A stretch of 64,000 nucleotides of DNA from Octopus vulgaris (GCA_951406725.2 OX597840.1:29512001-29576000); one strand, 5' to 3'; positions 13,381-25,408 are shown, numbered from the stretch's first letter. Made by a program: numbers and translations. The notes: generated by a model not told the origin, from the letters alone.

Positions 13381-14615
13381 TGCTGGCACAAACCCAAACT
13401 GCATCTCATCTAAACTGACTCTCTCCCTAATTAGTTAGGCTACAATCCTCTCCATGACCTTCATTACCTGGTCCAACAGCTTGATACCTCTGTAATTATT
13501 TGTATCTAATGTGTAACCTTTACCTTTGTAGCAGTTGACTATGGTGCTGCTACACTTGTCATTGGGTATGACTCCTTCATGTATCACCTGGTTAACTCTA
13601 CGGATGACTAGGCTATAGCCGACACTGCCAGATATTTTGAGTATCTCTGTGGTGATTCCTGATGGGCCGGGGGTTTTCCCTGTCTTCATACCCTTAATTG
13701 CTTTATCTACCAAAGTACTGTCAATTCGGATAGCTGGTCCCTCTGTTGGGTTGACATTTGGCAGGCTCTCTTTCTTCCATTTATTCTCTTTATTGAGCAA
13801 CCTTTCATAGTGGCGTCTCCAAACCTCTCTCTCTGCGGCCTCATTTAATGCAAGTGAACCATCATCCATGCAGACACATTTTTCTCCTACAACATCACAA
13901 TTCTCTCTCACACACTGTCTTGCAACACGAAATATCTCAAGTCTTTGGTCTTCACAGCACAGAACTTTGGCAATTTATTTCCTATCTGTTTCCCCCTCTG
14001 GCTAAGTAAACCTGTCTCCTAGCTTCCATTCTGGCAGTGTGGTATCGTTCCCTGCTACCACCATTCTTACAATCCTTCCATGCCTGTTTTTTTCCCCCTA
14101 ATGACCCTGTCAACAGCATTGATCCACCACCACGTTATCTTGTGTTGAGAGGTGACTTTGCACCAGATCCACAGATCTGGTCCATGGCCCTCAACAGGTT
14201 GTCCTGTAGAAAACTCCACTTGTCTTCCACATCATGTGATGTTATATCCCCCTCTATTTCGTCAAAAGCTTTGAGTAATACCTCTCTGAATTTTATGTCC
14301 ATTTGCAGGATCTTTAAGCTTCCAAACCCTTCTTCTCCATGCTGGTTGTCTTCTGGGCATCCATTTAGCCCTGACCCTGAAGTTGCTAACTACTAGTCTA
14401 TGTTGTGGGGTACATTCTTCACCTGGGAAGGTTTTGGTATTTATAAGCAGCCATCTTTCACTTTTTCTGGCGAGGATGTAGTCAATTTGGCTAGTGTGTC
14501 TGCCAGAACAGTAGGTGACTAGGTGACAGACAGGTTTCCTGAAGTTAGTATTGCAAACTATAAGGTCATTTGCATCAAAGAACTCCAGCAGCCTGGTTCC
14601 CTCCTCATTGCAGAA
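13381..14615 (-). mobile_element. RTE-clade LINE ORF2 fragment (APE endonuclease C-terminus to RT N-terminus), decayed
   Basis: NEEGTRLLEF...NTNFRKP..HLVTY.SG...SQIDYIL...QHRLVV; KMKTGKTPGPSGI...YKGKG...NYRGIKLL...MQFGFVP. Confidence 0.93.
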
Positions 14616-15367
14616 CACTTTTAGCTTTTTGGGAAGCAGAGAAGTTTCTTCAGAAACAATGTCATTTTCCTGTTGTTTCTAGCATGTCAGGTTTTCTGGT
14701 GTTGGTCAGGTATTTTTTAAGTCTATTGTTTCTGTAGAATTCTATGCATGCAAGAAGCATCAGAAAAAAGTGAAAGATTGGGAGATTTTTGCCTTTTGAA
14801 AGTTGGTCGGTGATGGGTGAGCAAGGTGAGGGTAGAGGCATTGAGTGTTTCTTTAAGAAAAATTAAACTATAAAAAATATATTTCCCAGACTCATAATCT
14901 CTGTATTTTTCTTGCGGTGGGGATAGGGGGAAATTAAAATTTTGAAAACGTGATTTCTGGATAAAATTATATTAATCCCCTTTTATATGATGAAACAATG
15001 CATAACTTGTGATCTTTCTTAAGAACAGAAAGCACTTTCATGCAAGCCCATGCAAATTTCACCCTTGCCCTTCACTATTAAACAAACAATAACTTCCATT
15101 ATTTCATTAACTATATATCAGCTGTGGTGATTCTGCCCATAAGAAAGAAGCAAATAATACAATGCGCTTGTAGGTCATAACACCCGGGCAACGTCGGAAT
15201 ACATTGCCAATGTGTGTGTGTGTTTATATATATATATATATAAATATATATATGTGTGTGTGTATGTATATGTATATATATATATATATATTGATAAAAA
15301 TGGTAAGACAATAAAACTCAGTTTTATCATGGCTACCGAATAATTGTCACATATTACATTTACAGAT

Positions 15368-15403
<36 letters not shown>

Positions 15404-15420
15404 TATGTATATATACACAT

Positions 15421-15451
<31 letters not shown>

Positions 15452-15456
15452 CACAC

Positions 15457-15498
<42 letters not shown>

Positions 15499-16184
15499 GT
15501 ATATATATATATACATATATATATACACATACATATATATTTATATATATACACATACATATATATATCTGTATATATATATCCATACACACATATATAT
15601 ATCTGTATATATCTATGTGTATGTGCGTGTATAGTTTCAGTCATTAGGCCTGTGTATCCCAACCAATTTTCCACAGAGATAGACACTAATATAATTGTAA
15701 ATGTGCAATGAAGATCTTATCAAATAAATATGATTGAAAGTTCAGTCAAATGGCGTTTTTATAAAAAAAAAAAACAAAGGGAGAAAAAGAAAAAAAAAAT
15801 AGAGAGAAAGAAAGAAGGGTTTTTCGCAATTTCTGTTGTAGTACATAAAATTGTTCTTCCTCAATTTCAGTCACATGAGTTTCTAAAATCCGGTTGCTCG
15901 TTAGATTTCAAATTATTATTAGTAAAAATTATGTTCTTTTATTTTTTTTTCTTGTTTCAGTCATTTGATAGCTGCCATGCTGGGGCACTGCCTTAAAAGT
16001 GGTTTTAATTGAAGAAATCGCCCCTTGGACTTAGTTTTTGTAAGCCTGGTACTTATTCTGTTTGTGTCTTTGGCTGAACTGCTAAGTTACAGAGGCGTAA
16101 ACACACCAACATCTGTTGTCAAGTGATAAGGGGGGGGGGGGGCGAGAGGAGGCAAACACAGATACACACATACATAGATATATA

Positions 16185-17462
16185 CAGGGGTTGGACAAAA
16201 TAATGGAAACACCTAGAATCATAGAATCATAATTTTGAAATATCTATTAAACTGTCAAAAGTTTATTTATTTTTATGTTTTTTGATTTATTATTATTTTT
16301 GCTTAATGGTTTTCTAAAATTGCTTTTTCTTATCAGATATCATCAGAAAAAGGTAATTAAAATTCATTAAAATGACAGATCTATCAGACATTCAAAGAGG
16401 TCAAATTGCTGGTGATTGTATGGTAGGTGCTAGTGTAATGTTTGGTACCAGCTAAAATGTTTGGTGTATCAAGAAGAACTGTCTCGAAATTAATGACAGC
16501 CTTTGAGAAGGAGGGAAAAACCTTCTCATCGAAACAAAATTCCAGAAGAAAACCAAAACTTTCAGATAGGGAGCGTCAGACTCTTACACGAATTGTTAGA
16601 AAGGATCACAAAGTACAGTTCCTAAAATTACTGCTGAGCTTAATGACCACCTCGAGAACCTAGTTCCCACAAAAAACTGTTCACTGGAAGCTGCACAAAT
16701 CCGGATTTCACAGGAGGGCTGCGAACAGAAAACGACCAATTTCAAAAACAAGAATTGCAAAGCATTTAGAGTAGAGTAAAAACCTACAGAATTGGTCCCT
16801 AGAGCAGTGGAAGAATGTTATTTTCTGGGACAAGTCATCCTTTACCTTATTTCCAACCACCAACCAAGTATTAGTGTAGAGACAGCCAAAAGAAGCATTT
16901 GACCCAGACTGCCTTCTTTCGACTGTTAAACACGGAGGAGGATCTGTGATGATCTGGCGGGGGGCTATATCTTGGAAATCTGCCAGCCCAATGGTTTCCC
17001 TTCATGGCAGAATTAATAGTCAAGACTACTGAAGCATTTTATCTGATCAAATTCATCCTATGGTTGCGAAACTGCTTCTGGAGTGAAATGCAGTCTTTCA
17101 GGATGATAATGCACCAATTCACACAGCTAAAGTTGTTACTGAATGGCACAAGGAACATTCTAGTGAAGTTGAACATCGTATCTGGCCACCACAGTCCCCA
17201 GATCTCAATATTATTAAACATTTATGGTGCATTTTAGAAAAACTAGTAAGGAGTCGATATCCTCCACCATCATCACTACAAGAACTGAAGACTGTTTTAG
17301 CTGAAGAATGGACAAAAATTCCTTTGGAAATAATTCAAACTTTGTACTAGCCCATACCTCATAGAATTCAAGCTGTAATTACTGCCAAATGTGGTCCTAC
17401 TCCATATTAAAATAAATTCGTTTGAAATTCTAAGCTGTTTCTATTATTTTGTCCAACCCCGG
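16185..17462 (+). mobile_element. Tc1-family DNA transposon, full length and decayed
   Basis: TIRs caggggttggacaaaataatggaaaca / tgtttctattattttgtccaaccccgg with TA flanks. Confidence 0.93.
16372..17410 (+). pseudogene. Tc1 transposase pseudogene
   Basis: MTDLSDIQRGQI..., AKMFGVSRRTVS (HTH), WKNVIFWDKS, TVKHGGGSVMIW, FQDDNAPIH, WPPQSPDLNIIKHLW. Several frameshifts and stops. Confidence 0.9.
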
Positions 17463-17819
17463 TACATATATATGTACGACAGACTTCTTTCAGTTTCCAT
17501 CTACCAAATCTTTCTACAAGGCTTTGGTTGGCCTGAAAAGATAGCAAAAGACACTTGCCAAAGGTGCCACACACTGGGACTGAATCTGGAACCTTGTGGT
17601 TGGGAAGCAAGTTGCTTACCACACAGCCGTTTTTACAGTAAATGATCAAGTTTTGAGTGGTTGTGTACTGTCAACTTAACGTGACAGTCCCGTAAGGGAA
17701 TCACACCACCGCTGTTTAGCCCTAGGAAGCATCGACGCTTCCTGTCGGCCTTGACACATTTCCTGTGTCCTTATATATTTACGAAGGGGAGACAAACACC
17801 CCCAACAGCTAGGCCTGCA

Positions 17820-17865
17820 TCTAGAGACATGCATGTTTCAGGGTCTTGCCCATCATCAGTCTAGA
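17820..17865 (-). ncRNA. type I hammerhead ribozyme, canonical core
   Basis: UCUAGA-CUGAUGA-u GGG caaga CCC u-GAA-ACAUGCAUGU-C-UCUAGA. Palindromic stem III, GUC site. Confidence 0.88.
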
Positions 17866-17871
17866 GTAGCA

Positions 17872-17912
<41 letters not shown>

Positions 17913-18156
17913 TACATATACATATATATATATATCAGAAATATTAAATTTCTAAATATCTCATAGAGGTATGTACTGTTGTGGAGTGATAGAGTGGTTG
18001 TATACTGTCAACTTAACGTGACAGTCCTGTAAGGGAATTACACCACCGCTGTTTAGCCCTAGGAAGCATCGACGCTTCCTGTCGGCCTTGACACATTTCC
18101 TGTGTCCTTATATATTTACGAAGGGGAGAAAAACACCCCCAACAGCTAGGCCTGCA

Positions 18157-18202
18157 TCTAGAGACATGCATGTTTCAGGGTCTTGCCCATCATCAGTCTA
18201 GA
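18157..18202 (-). ncRNA. type I hammerhead ribozyme, canonical core, extended stem I
   Basis: Identical to 17820-17865. Stem I extends through cagctag..aggcct.gc / gcaggcctagctg. Confidence 0.9.
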
Positions 18203-18520
18203 GTAGCAAGGCCTGCTAGCTGAAGATATCTGTCTAGACTTCGTAAATATATATATATATATATTTTCAGGGACTGTCACGTTAAGTTGACAGTATACAA
18301 CCACTCTAACGCTCCACCACCGCACATATCTCTATGAGATATTTAGAAATTTAATATTTCTGATCAAGTTTTGATTGGCTGTAAATTTGATGGCATCTTT
18401 TGTTTTCCACTTTGGTGTTTTGATCAACATATTTTTGTTTTGGCGAAGTCCAGTGTTCCGGTTGGTTGATTTCCTTGTTATGTCATCTGTTTGCTCAACG
18501 TTTTCATTTTTTTGTTGAGT

Positions 18521-18697
18521 ACAGTAAATAATCAAGTTCTAATTGGTTGTAACTTAAGTGATGTCATTAATTTTGGTAAAATATTTTTGTTGTTTTTGGT
18601 TAAACCAGAATGTAGAATTTTGCCAAAACAAAAATATTTGACCAAACCAAATGATGTCACTAAAATTACAACCAATCTGAAGTTGATCCTTTGCTGT
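18521..18697. mobile_element. palindromic MITE-like element
   Basis: Imperfect inverted arms acagtaaataatcaagtt..attggttgtaa..gtgatgtcatt..aatatttttgtt / aacaaaaatatt..aatgatgtcact..ttacaaccaat..ttgatcctttgctgt. A related copy starts at 17635 and hosts the HHR insertion. Confidence 0.55.
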
Positions 18698-18836
18698 GGC
18701 CTAAATGAAATATTGATATGCATATATGTATGTGTGTGTGTGTGTCTGCAGATATATGTATGTATGTATGTATATATATTTATACACACATACATATATA
18801 TCTCTATATATACATATACATACATACATACATACA

Positions 18837-18911
<75 letters not shown>

Positions 18912-19364
18912 TTACATACATATATATATTAGGCACATACCATCAGTAATTACTCAGGGCAGGCAGTTGGTGACCTTTATGTAGTAAAACACACAAAAAA
19001 AAATAAGCGAAACACAGGTGTGCGACTGAGTTAAAGGCAGATTTACTTCTGCCTTTATAACATGTAAAGAAAATGGTGTTGTAGGAGTGCACACAGCATG
19101 TATACTACAGCAGTATTATGGGATTGAAAAGTAAGGGAGAAGTATGCCTACCTAACGTACAAAAAAAATTATATGTTTTGCATTTTGCGCTTATTAATCA
19201 GAGTAACCTTCATAACTTTATTGAATTAGGTACATATTTTGCCATAGAAGGAAAATGCTGCTATTGATCTATTTTCTTCAACGTAGGCACTGTCTACCTT
19301 GGTTACCTAGGTGGCACGTTCCTGACTCCAGTATATATATATATATATATGTATATATTCTATA

Positions 19365-19460
19365 AGTGGCTGAAGATTGCTTGACATTTTAAAACTTTTA
19401 CAGTTTTAAAACTTTTACAGTGATTAATAAAATGAAGTAGCATGAAACGATTGTACCACT
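19365..19460 (+). ncRNA. type I hammerhead ribozyme, canonical core, long stem II
   Basis: AGUGG-CUGAAGA-u UGCU..cauuuua...uaaaaug..AGCA u-GAA-AC gauu GU-A-CCACU. Confidence 0.78.
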
Positions 19461-19785
19461 CTACCTTGGATATCCTTGTTGCTTATTTTGATTATAATCA
19501 CCCCATTTGATTTATATGGATAATACCATACTAAATTCTGGTGCCTTTGACTTAAGTACCATATTAATCTGAATCTAAATTTTGCTGAACTTATATGTAT
19601 ATATATTCATCTTTTATCTTTTTATGCTTTACCTGTGTCAGTGATTTGACTGCAGTCATGCTTGGGCTTTTAGTCATAGAAATCAATCCACACACCCACA
19701 CTAGTTGTCAAGTGGTGATGCGTAATAAAAACACACACACACACACACACATATTTCTATGCAGTTAAGTCTACATCCGGTCAAA

Positions 19786-19845
19786 GAATGACCAATGGTT
19801 TCACATCTATAAATGGCTTAGCCCTCTGGATGACTCATCAGACTC
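19786..19845 (-). ncRNA. type I hammerhead ribozyme, canonical core
   Basis: GAGU-CUGAUGA-gu CAUC..GGC uaa GCC..GAUG u-GAA-ACC auu GGU-C-AUUC. Confidence 0.72.
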
Positions 19846-19850
19846 AGTTT

Positions 19851-19919
19851 GAGTCTGTTGAGTCATCCATAAATCTAATAAAGCTAACACCTTTATAGAT
19901 GTGAAACCATTGGTCGCTC
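19851..19919 (+). ncRNA. type I hammerhead motif, A6U core (CUGUUGA)
   Basis: GAGU-CUGUUGA-gu CAUC c AUAAA...UUUAU a GAUG u-GAA-ACC auu GGU-C-GCUC. Inverted partner of 19786-19845. Confidence 0.65.
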
Positions 19920-20012
19920 TGTGACTGGACCAAGACTGAACTGCATATAAAACACATTGCTGCTCTATGCTTCAGAGTGTGTTTCATTGACAATCAATAT
20001 ATATGTGTGTCT

Positions 20013-20629
20013 CTCTCTTTACTCTTTTACTTGTTTCAGTCATTTGACTGCGGCCATGCTGGAGCACCGCCTTTAGTCGAGCAAATCGACCCCAGGACTT
20101 ATTCTTTGTAAGCCCAGTACTTATTCTATCGGCCTCTTTTGCTGAATCGCTAAGTTACGGGGATGTAAACACACCTGCATTGGTTGTCAAGCGATGTTGA
20201 GGGTGACAAACATATACACACTCATGCATATATACATATACATATATACATATATACGACAGGCTTCTTTCAGTTTCCGTCTACCAAATCCACTCACAAG
20301 GCTTTGGTTGGCCCTAGGCTATAGTAGAAGACACTTGCCCAAGGTACCACACAGTGGAACTGAACCCAGAACCCTGTGGTTTGTAAGCAAGCTACTTACC
20401 ACATCATCGTCATTGTTCAACCGTGGTCGAGACAATGGAATTTACCATGCTACGCCAGACTTCACGGTCCATCATGGCATTACGGAGGTCCTGTTGCTGG
20501 ATGCCTGTATCCCCGGAGATTACATCAGGGTAGGAGAGTGTGTGCCCTCTGGTATTGCGAGTAGATGGCTTCCAGAGGAGAAGAGTAGAAATTACTTCTT
20601 TTTCAGCTCTTACCACACAGCCACTCCTA
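20013..20629 (-). mobile_element. SINE family A interrupted in its tRNA head
   Basis: Full family A sequence with a 205-bp LINE insert. Confidence 0.9.
20404..20608 (-). mobile_element. 5'-truncated RTE-like LINE 3' end with TSD
   Basis: EKEVISTLLLWKPSTRNTRGHTLSYPDVISGDTGIQQQDLRNAMMDREVWRSMV, homologous to 51580-51775. TSD cttaccaca at 20395-20403 and 20609-20617. Confidence 0.88.
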
Positions 20630-21112
20630 CATGTATGTGTATATTTATATAGTACACCCACATACACACACATAATGTACATGTGTGTTTCTGTGTGTGA
20701 ATCTTTACCCACGTTTGAGAGCACATGTCTCATGATCAGGTAATACAATTAAGTAAAGTTTGCAACTTGTAAGAGTTCAGTTAGTGTTGATCTTATGATG
20801 GCCTCATTAGCTTTTGGCTGTAACCTCAACAAAAACATTCTTTGCTCTCTAAGACTAAAATATATTCACACAAACACACACTCACACACACGTGCTCAAA
20901 TAAATAAGAGGTTGTGTCATATAATGTTTGGTGAAGTGTAGCATAAACATACATATATATACAACAACAGACAGCGTAGGTTTTATGAAAGAAAAACACG
21001 GAAAATATATATAAACAGAAGAGTCTGGTAAGAAAGAAAAAAGAAATAACATTCTAGAAAACCAAAACCAACAACCACAACAACAACAAGAATAATGAAT
21101 GATGATAATAAT

Positions 21113-21633
21113 ACCAGACAGTAGCTCTCGTGGCTTCTGATCTTAACTGATTGGAAGTGTCATCATGTACATTGTTTTGTCTTGGTATAAAAGATGGGCT
21201 ACAGCAAATATTCTGCTCAATACCACAGATTTGCTTGTCAGTTGTTTGACCGTAACCAGTTGAGCATGTCCCTTAGTGGCTGACGATATGTGCGTCTCTG
21301 ATCACGAGCAGAAGTAGTGGGGGAGCATCATAGCCATGTGTTGAGAGGGATTCTTTGGGGTTTGAACAATTCACCTTTGGAAATATGGGTGTTTCGTTCA
21401 ACATCCTTAAGCAATCCTTGTTCAGGGACCTTTTGAGCGGGATGGGTTACTCGACCTGAAGAAAATTCTAACTGGACCCCACCTGCAAGGTCAAGTGCTG
21501 TTTATCTTGATATGAGATCACCAGGTCATGTACATATGGTTGTGATGCATGTGCCTAGTGTACCCTTATCAGATGGGTTGTCATGATGGATATATTGGGC
21601 TTCGTATATTTGATGGCATGCATTGCTCTTTCA

Positions 21634-21637
<4 letters not shown>
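21113..21637 (+). mobile_element. dispersed ~520-bp element embedded in (TAA)n (possibly R4/Dong-dependent)
   Basis: An internally deleted inverted copy lies at 57568-57781. Both are flanked by AAT/ATT tracts. Confidence 0.6.
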
Positions 21638-21671
<34 letters not shown>

Positions 21672-21748
21672 TAATAATAATAATGATAATGATGATGATG
21701 AGGAGGATAATAATAATGATAATAATAATAATAATGATGATAATAATG

Positions 21749-21804
<56 letters not shown>

Positions 21805-21991
21805 GATGATGAGGAGGATAATAATAATGATAATGATGATGATGAGGAGGATAATAATAATGATAATGATGATGATGAGGAGGATAATAATAATGATAAT
21901 GATGATGATGAGGAGGATAATGATGAGGATAATAATAATGATGATGATGATGATGATAATGATAATAATAATAATAATGATGATAATAATG

Positions 21992-22041
<50 letters not shown>

Positions 22042-22380
22042 GATGATGAGGAGGATAATAATAATGATAATGATGATGATGAGGAGGATAATGATGAGGA
22101 TAATAATAATGATGATGATGATGATGATGATGATAATGATAATAATAATAATATTGATGATGATGATAATAATGATGATGATGATGATAATAATAATAAT
22201 AATAATAATAATGATGATAATAATGATAATAATGATGATGATAATAATAATGATGATAATAATAACAATAATTATGATAATGATGATGATGATGATGATA
22301 ATGATAATAATAAAAATAATAATGATGATGATAATAATGATGATGATGATAATAATGATGATGATAATAATAATTATAAT
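21637..22380. repeat. compound (AAT/GAT/GAG)n with a 33-bp higher-order unit
   Basis: Recurrent gataatgatgatgatgaggaggataataataat. Confidence 0.92.
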
Positions 22381-22592
22381 AGTGGTTTCAAATTTTGCCA
22401 ATTGGGCAACAATTTTGGGGGGAGGGAATGAGTAGATTACGTGGACTCCAGTATTCATCTGGTATTTATTTTATCGATTCTGAAAGGATAAAAAGCAAAG
22501 TTGATCTTGGCAGAATTTGAACTCAGAACATAGCAACGGGTGAAATACCACTAAAATAATAATGATGATGATGATGATAATAATAGTAATAT

Positions 22593-22921
22593 ATTTCTTT
22601 ACTACCCACAAGGAGCTAAACACAGAGGAGACAAACAAGGACAGACAAAGGGATTAAGTCAATTACATAGACCCCAGTGCAAAACTGGTACTTAATTTAT
22701 CGACCCCCGAAAGGACAAAAGGCAAAGTCGACCTCAGCGGAATTTGAACTCAGAACGTAACAGCAGATGAAATACTGCTAAGTACTTTGCCTTTCATCCT
22801 TTCAGGGTCGATAAATTAAGTACCAGTTATGCACTGGGGTCGATATATTCGACTTAATCCGTTTGTCCTTGTTTGTCCTCTCTGTGTTTAGCCCCTTGTA
22901 GGTAGTAAAGAAATAGGTATT
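22593..22921. mobile_element. two SINE family B segments fused head-to-head (inverted)
   Basis: 22593-22783 is minus and 22784-22921 is plus. Confidence 0.85.
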
Positions 22922-23581
22922 GGTGTTGTCAGTGGTGGTGGTGGTGGTAGTGGTGGTGGTTATGGCAGAGGCAGTGGTTGTGATTGCCTTGGTGGTAGTG
23001 ATTATAGTGGTGATGGTGATTTTGGTGATAGCGATGGTGGTGGTGGGGTGATGTTATTGGATCATTGTGGTGGTGATGTAAGCAACGTGGCCAGGGTGGG
23101 GGTGATTATTTTGTTGGTGGTAGAGATAGTGGTAGTGGTGGTGGTACCTTTGCTAGTGGTAGTAAAAGTGGTGGTGATGGTGGTGTTGCTGGTAGTGGTG
23201 GTGATTGTGATGGTGGTGTTGGTGGTAGTTGCGATTGTGGTAGTGGCAATGACGATAGTAATGGCAGTGATTATAGTGGTGATAGTGCTGGTGGTAGCAG
23301 TGGTGGTGGTGGTGGTGAAAGGTTACGGTAATGAAATTAGAATAAAAAAAGAAACAAAAAAAGGTAGGACAATAAATTTCAAAACGAAGAAATAATCCTG
23401 ATTATGGAAGGAAAGAAAGAAAGAAAGAAAGAAAGAAAGAAGAAATGAAGAAAAGAAAAGAATGAACGAATGAATGGTAAAATGGTAAACATTAGAAAGA
23501 TAACATTTCAATAGTGAAACAAGGAGGGGGAAAGGTCGTGGGAGGAGGAAGTGAAAGGAATGGAAGCTAGAGAAATGCGAT

Positions 23582-23623
<42 letters not shown>

Positions 23624-24030
23624 CATGTACATACATGCATATATATATGCCTGCATCTCTGTCTCTCTCTCTCCCTCTCTCTCTCTCTCTATATATATAT
23701 ACACACACACACATATATACATATATATATATACATATAATATATATACGTATATACATATATACATTTATATATATATATGCATATATAAGTACATATA
23801 TATTTACATATATATGTATACACACACACACACGCATATATATATATATAGAATTTCCAATTTCCACTTTCTTTTATATATATATATACATATATATAAA
23901 TGTATGTATATATGTGTGTGTGTGTGTGTATATAGATAGATAAATAACTATACACACACACACACACATATATATATACATACACATACATAGACACACA
24001 CACATAAATATAGACAGATTGATGCATACA

Positions 24031-24078
<48 letters not shown>

Positions 24079-24102
24079 CGTATATATATGTATATTATAT
24101 AT

Positions 24103-24155
<53 letters not shown>

Positions 24156-24571
24156 CATATATGCATATATACATAGGCACATACAAACATACCATCTACA
24201 CATACTTACATATAAATTAAACCTAAGTTTGTGTGTATCTGTTATAAAAATACAAAACTATGTACTGACATAGCTGTGAAAAGTCACGGGAGAGAAAGAG
24301 AGAGAGGGAGAGACAGAGGGGAACAAGAGAGAGGGAGGGAGAGAGAGATGGAAAGAGAGATGGAGAGAGAGAGAAAGTCAGAACTCTGAGAATGCGTGCA
24401 GGCAAATCTTTTTTAAAACTTCTATGTCTTGTTTTTGATTTTTGCTAAGAAATTATGAAAGTATGTTTTGGAAATGTGAACAAGTTCATTTATCAGAAGT
24501 TATGATCAAGTCATAAACAAATTCATTCATGGATGATAATAATGATAACAATAATATAAATAATAATAATG

Positions 24572-24572
<1 letters not shown>

Positions 24573-24607
<35 letters not shown>

Positions 24608-24875
24608 GTTTAACGTCCGTTTTCCGTGCTAGCATGGGTTGGATGGTTTGACTGGGGATCTGGGAAGCCAGAAGGCTGCTCCAGGCTCTAGTCTGATCTG
24701 GCAGTGTTTCTACAGCTGGATGCCCTTCCTAACGCCAACCACTCCGTGAGTGTAGTGGGTGCTTTTAACGTGCCACCGGCACAGGTGCCAGGCGAGGCTG
24801 GCAAACGGCCACGATCGGATTGGTGCTTTTTACGTGCCACCGGCATCGAAGCCAGTCAAAAGCGGCGCTGGCACA
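24573..24875 (-). mobile_element. RTE LINE 3'UTR tail (family C)
   Basis: (cat)n cgtttaacgtccg...ggatgcccttcctaacgccaacc. Confidence 0.85.
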
Positions 24876-24913
24876 ATAATAATAATATTTAATAATAATA
24901 ATAATAATAATAT

Positions 24914-24959
<46 letters not shown>

Positions 24960-24961
<2 letters not shown>

Positions 24962-25408
24962 AAAGTGTTAGGAAAAATGCCAAATTGGAAGGGCTCGGGA
25001 CCAGATTTAATTCAAGGTTATTGACTAAAGAAATTTAATAGTTTACATGGGAGGTTGAGGGAACAACTTCAGGATTGCCTTAATGGAGGAATAATACCTG
25101 ATTGGATGACAAGAGGGAGGACAATATTGATTATGAAAGATAAGAGCAAGGGTAGTACAGCTAGCACCTGTAGACCAATCGTTTGCTTACCTTTAGTGTG
25201 GAAGCCCTTAACAGGAATGCTTTTGGATAGCATTTATGAGCACCTTGACAACCAGAGTTTACTGCCAGAAGAACAGAAAGATTGCAGGAAGAAGGCTAGA
25301 GAAACGCATGATCTATTATACGTAGACAAAGCAGTTCTAAATGAAGTTAAAGCTAGAAAGAAAAATCTAACAAAAGCATGGATAGATTATAGGAAATCCT
25401 ATGACATG
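24960..25408 (+). mobile_element. R4/Dong-like non-LTR retrotransposon RT fragment
   Basis: KMPNWKGSGPDLIQGY.LKKF...IPDWMTRGRTILIMKD...RPIVCLP..WK.LTG...LLPEEQK.CRK...AWIDYRKSYD. Abuts (TAA)n. Confidence 0.85.

Larger units (their letters stand above)
15945..17628 (-). mobile_element. SINE family A split by a Tc1 insertion
   Basis: SINE 3' half at 15945-16184 and 5' half at 17463-17628 flank the transposon. Confidence 0.8.
17657..18360 (-). mobile_element. retrozyme-like / PLE pseudo-LTR insertion with tandem hammerheads
   Basis: Direct repeats 17655-17871 and 17992-18208 (period 337). Inverted arms 17934-18028 / 18271-18364. TSD tgatcaagttttga at 17643-17656 and 18361-18374. Confidence 0.8.

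Noticed and set aside
15182-15210. cccgggcaacgtcgga, Helitron 3'-hairpin-like
   Set aside because: Lacks the CTAG terminus and any identifiable 5' end.
21583-22431. 282-aa Asn/Asp-rich ORF
   Set aside because: Trinucleotide tract open in several frames on both strands; it starts inside a mobile element and ends in a SINE.
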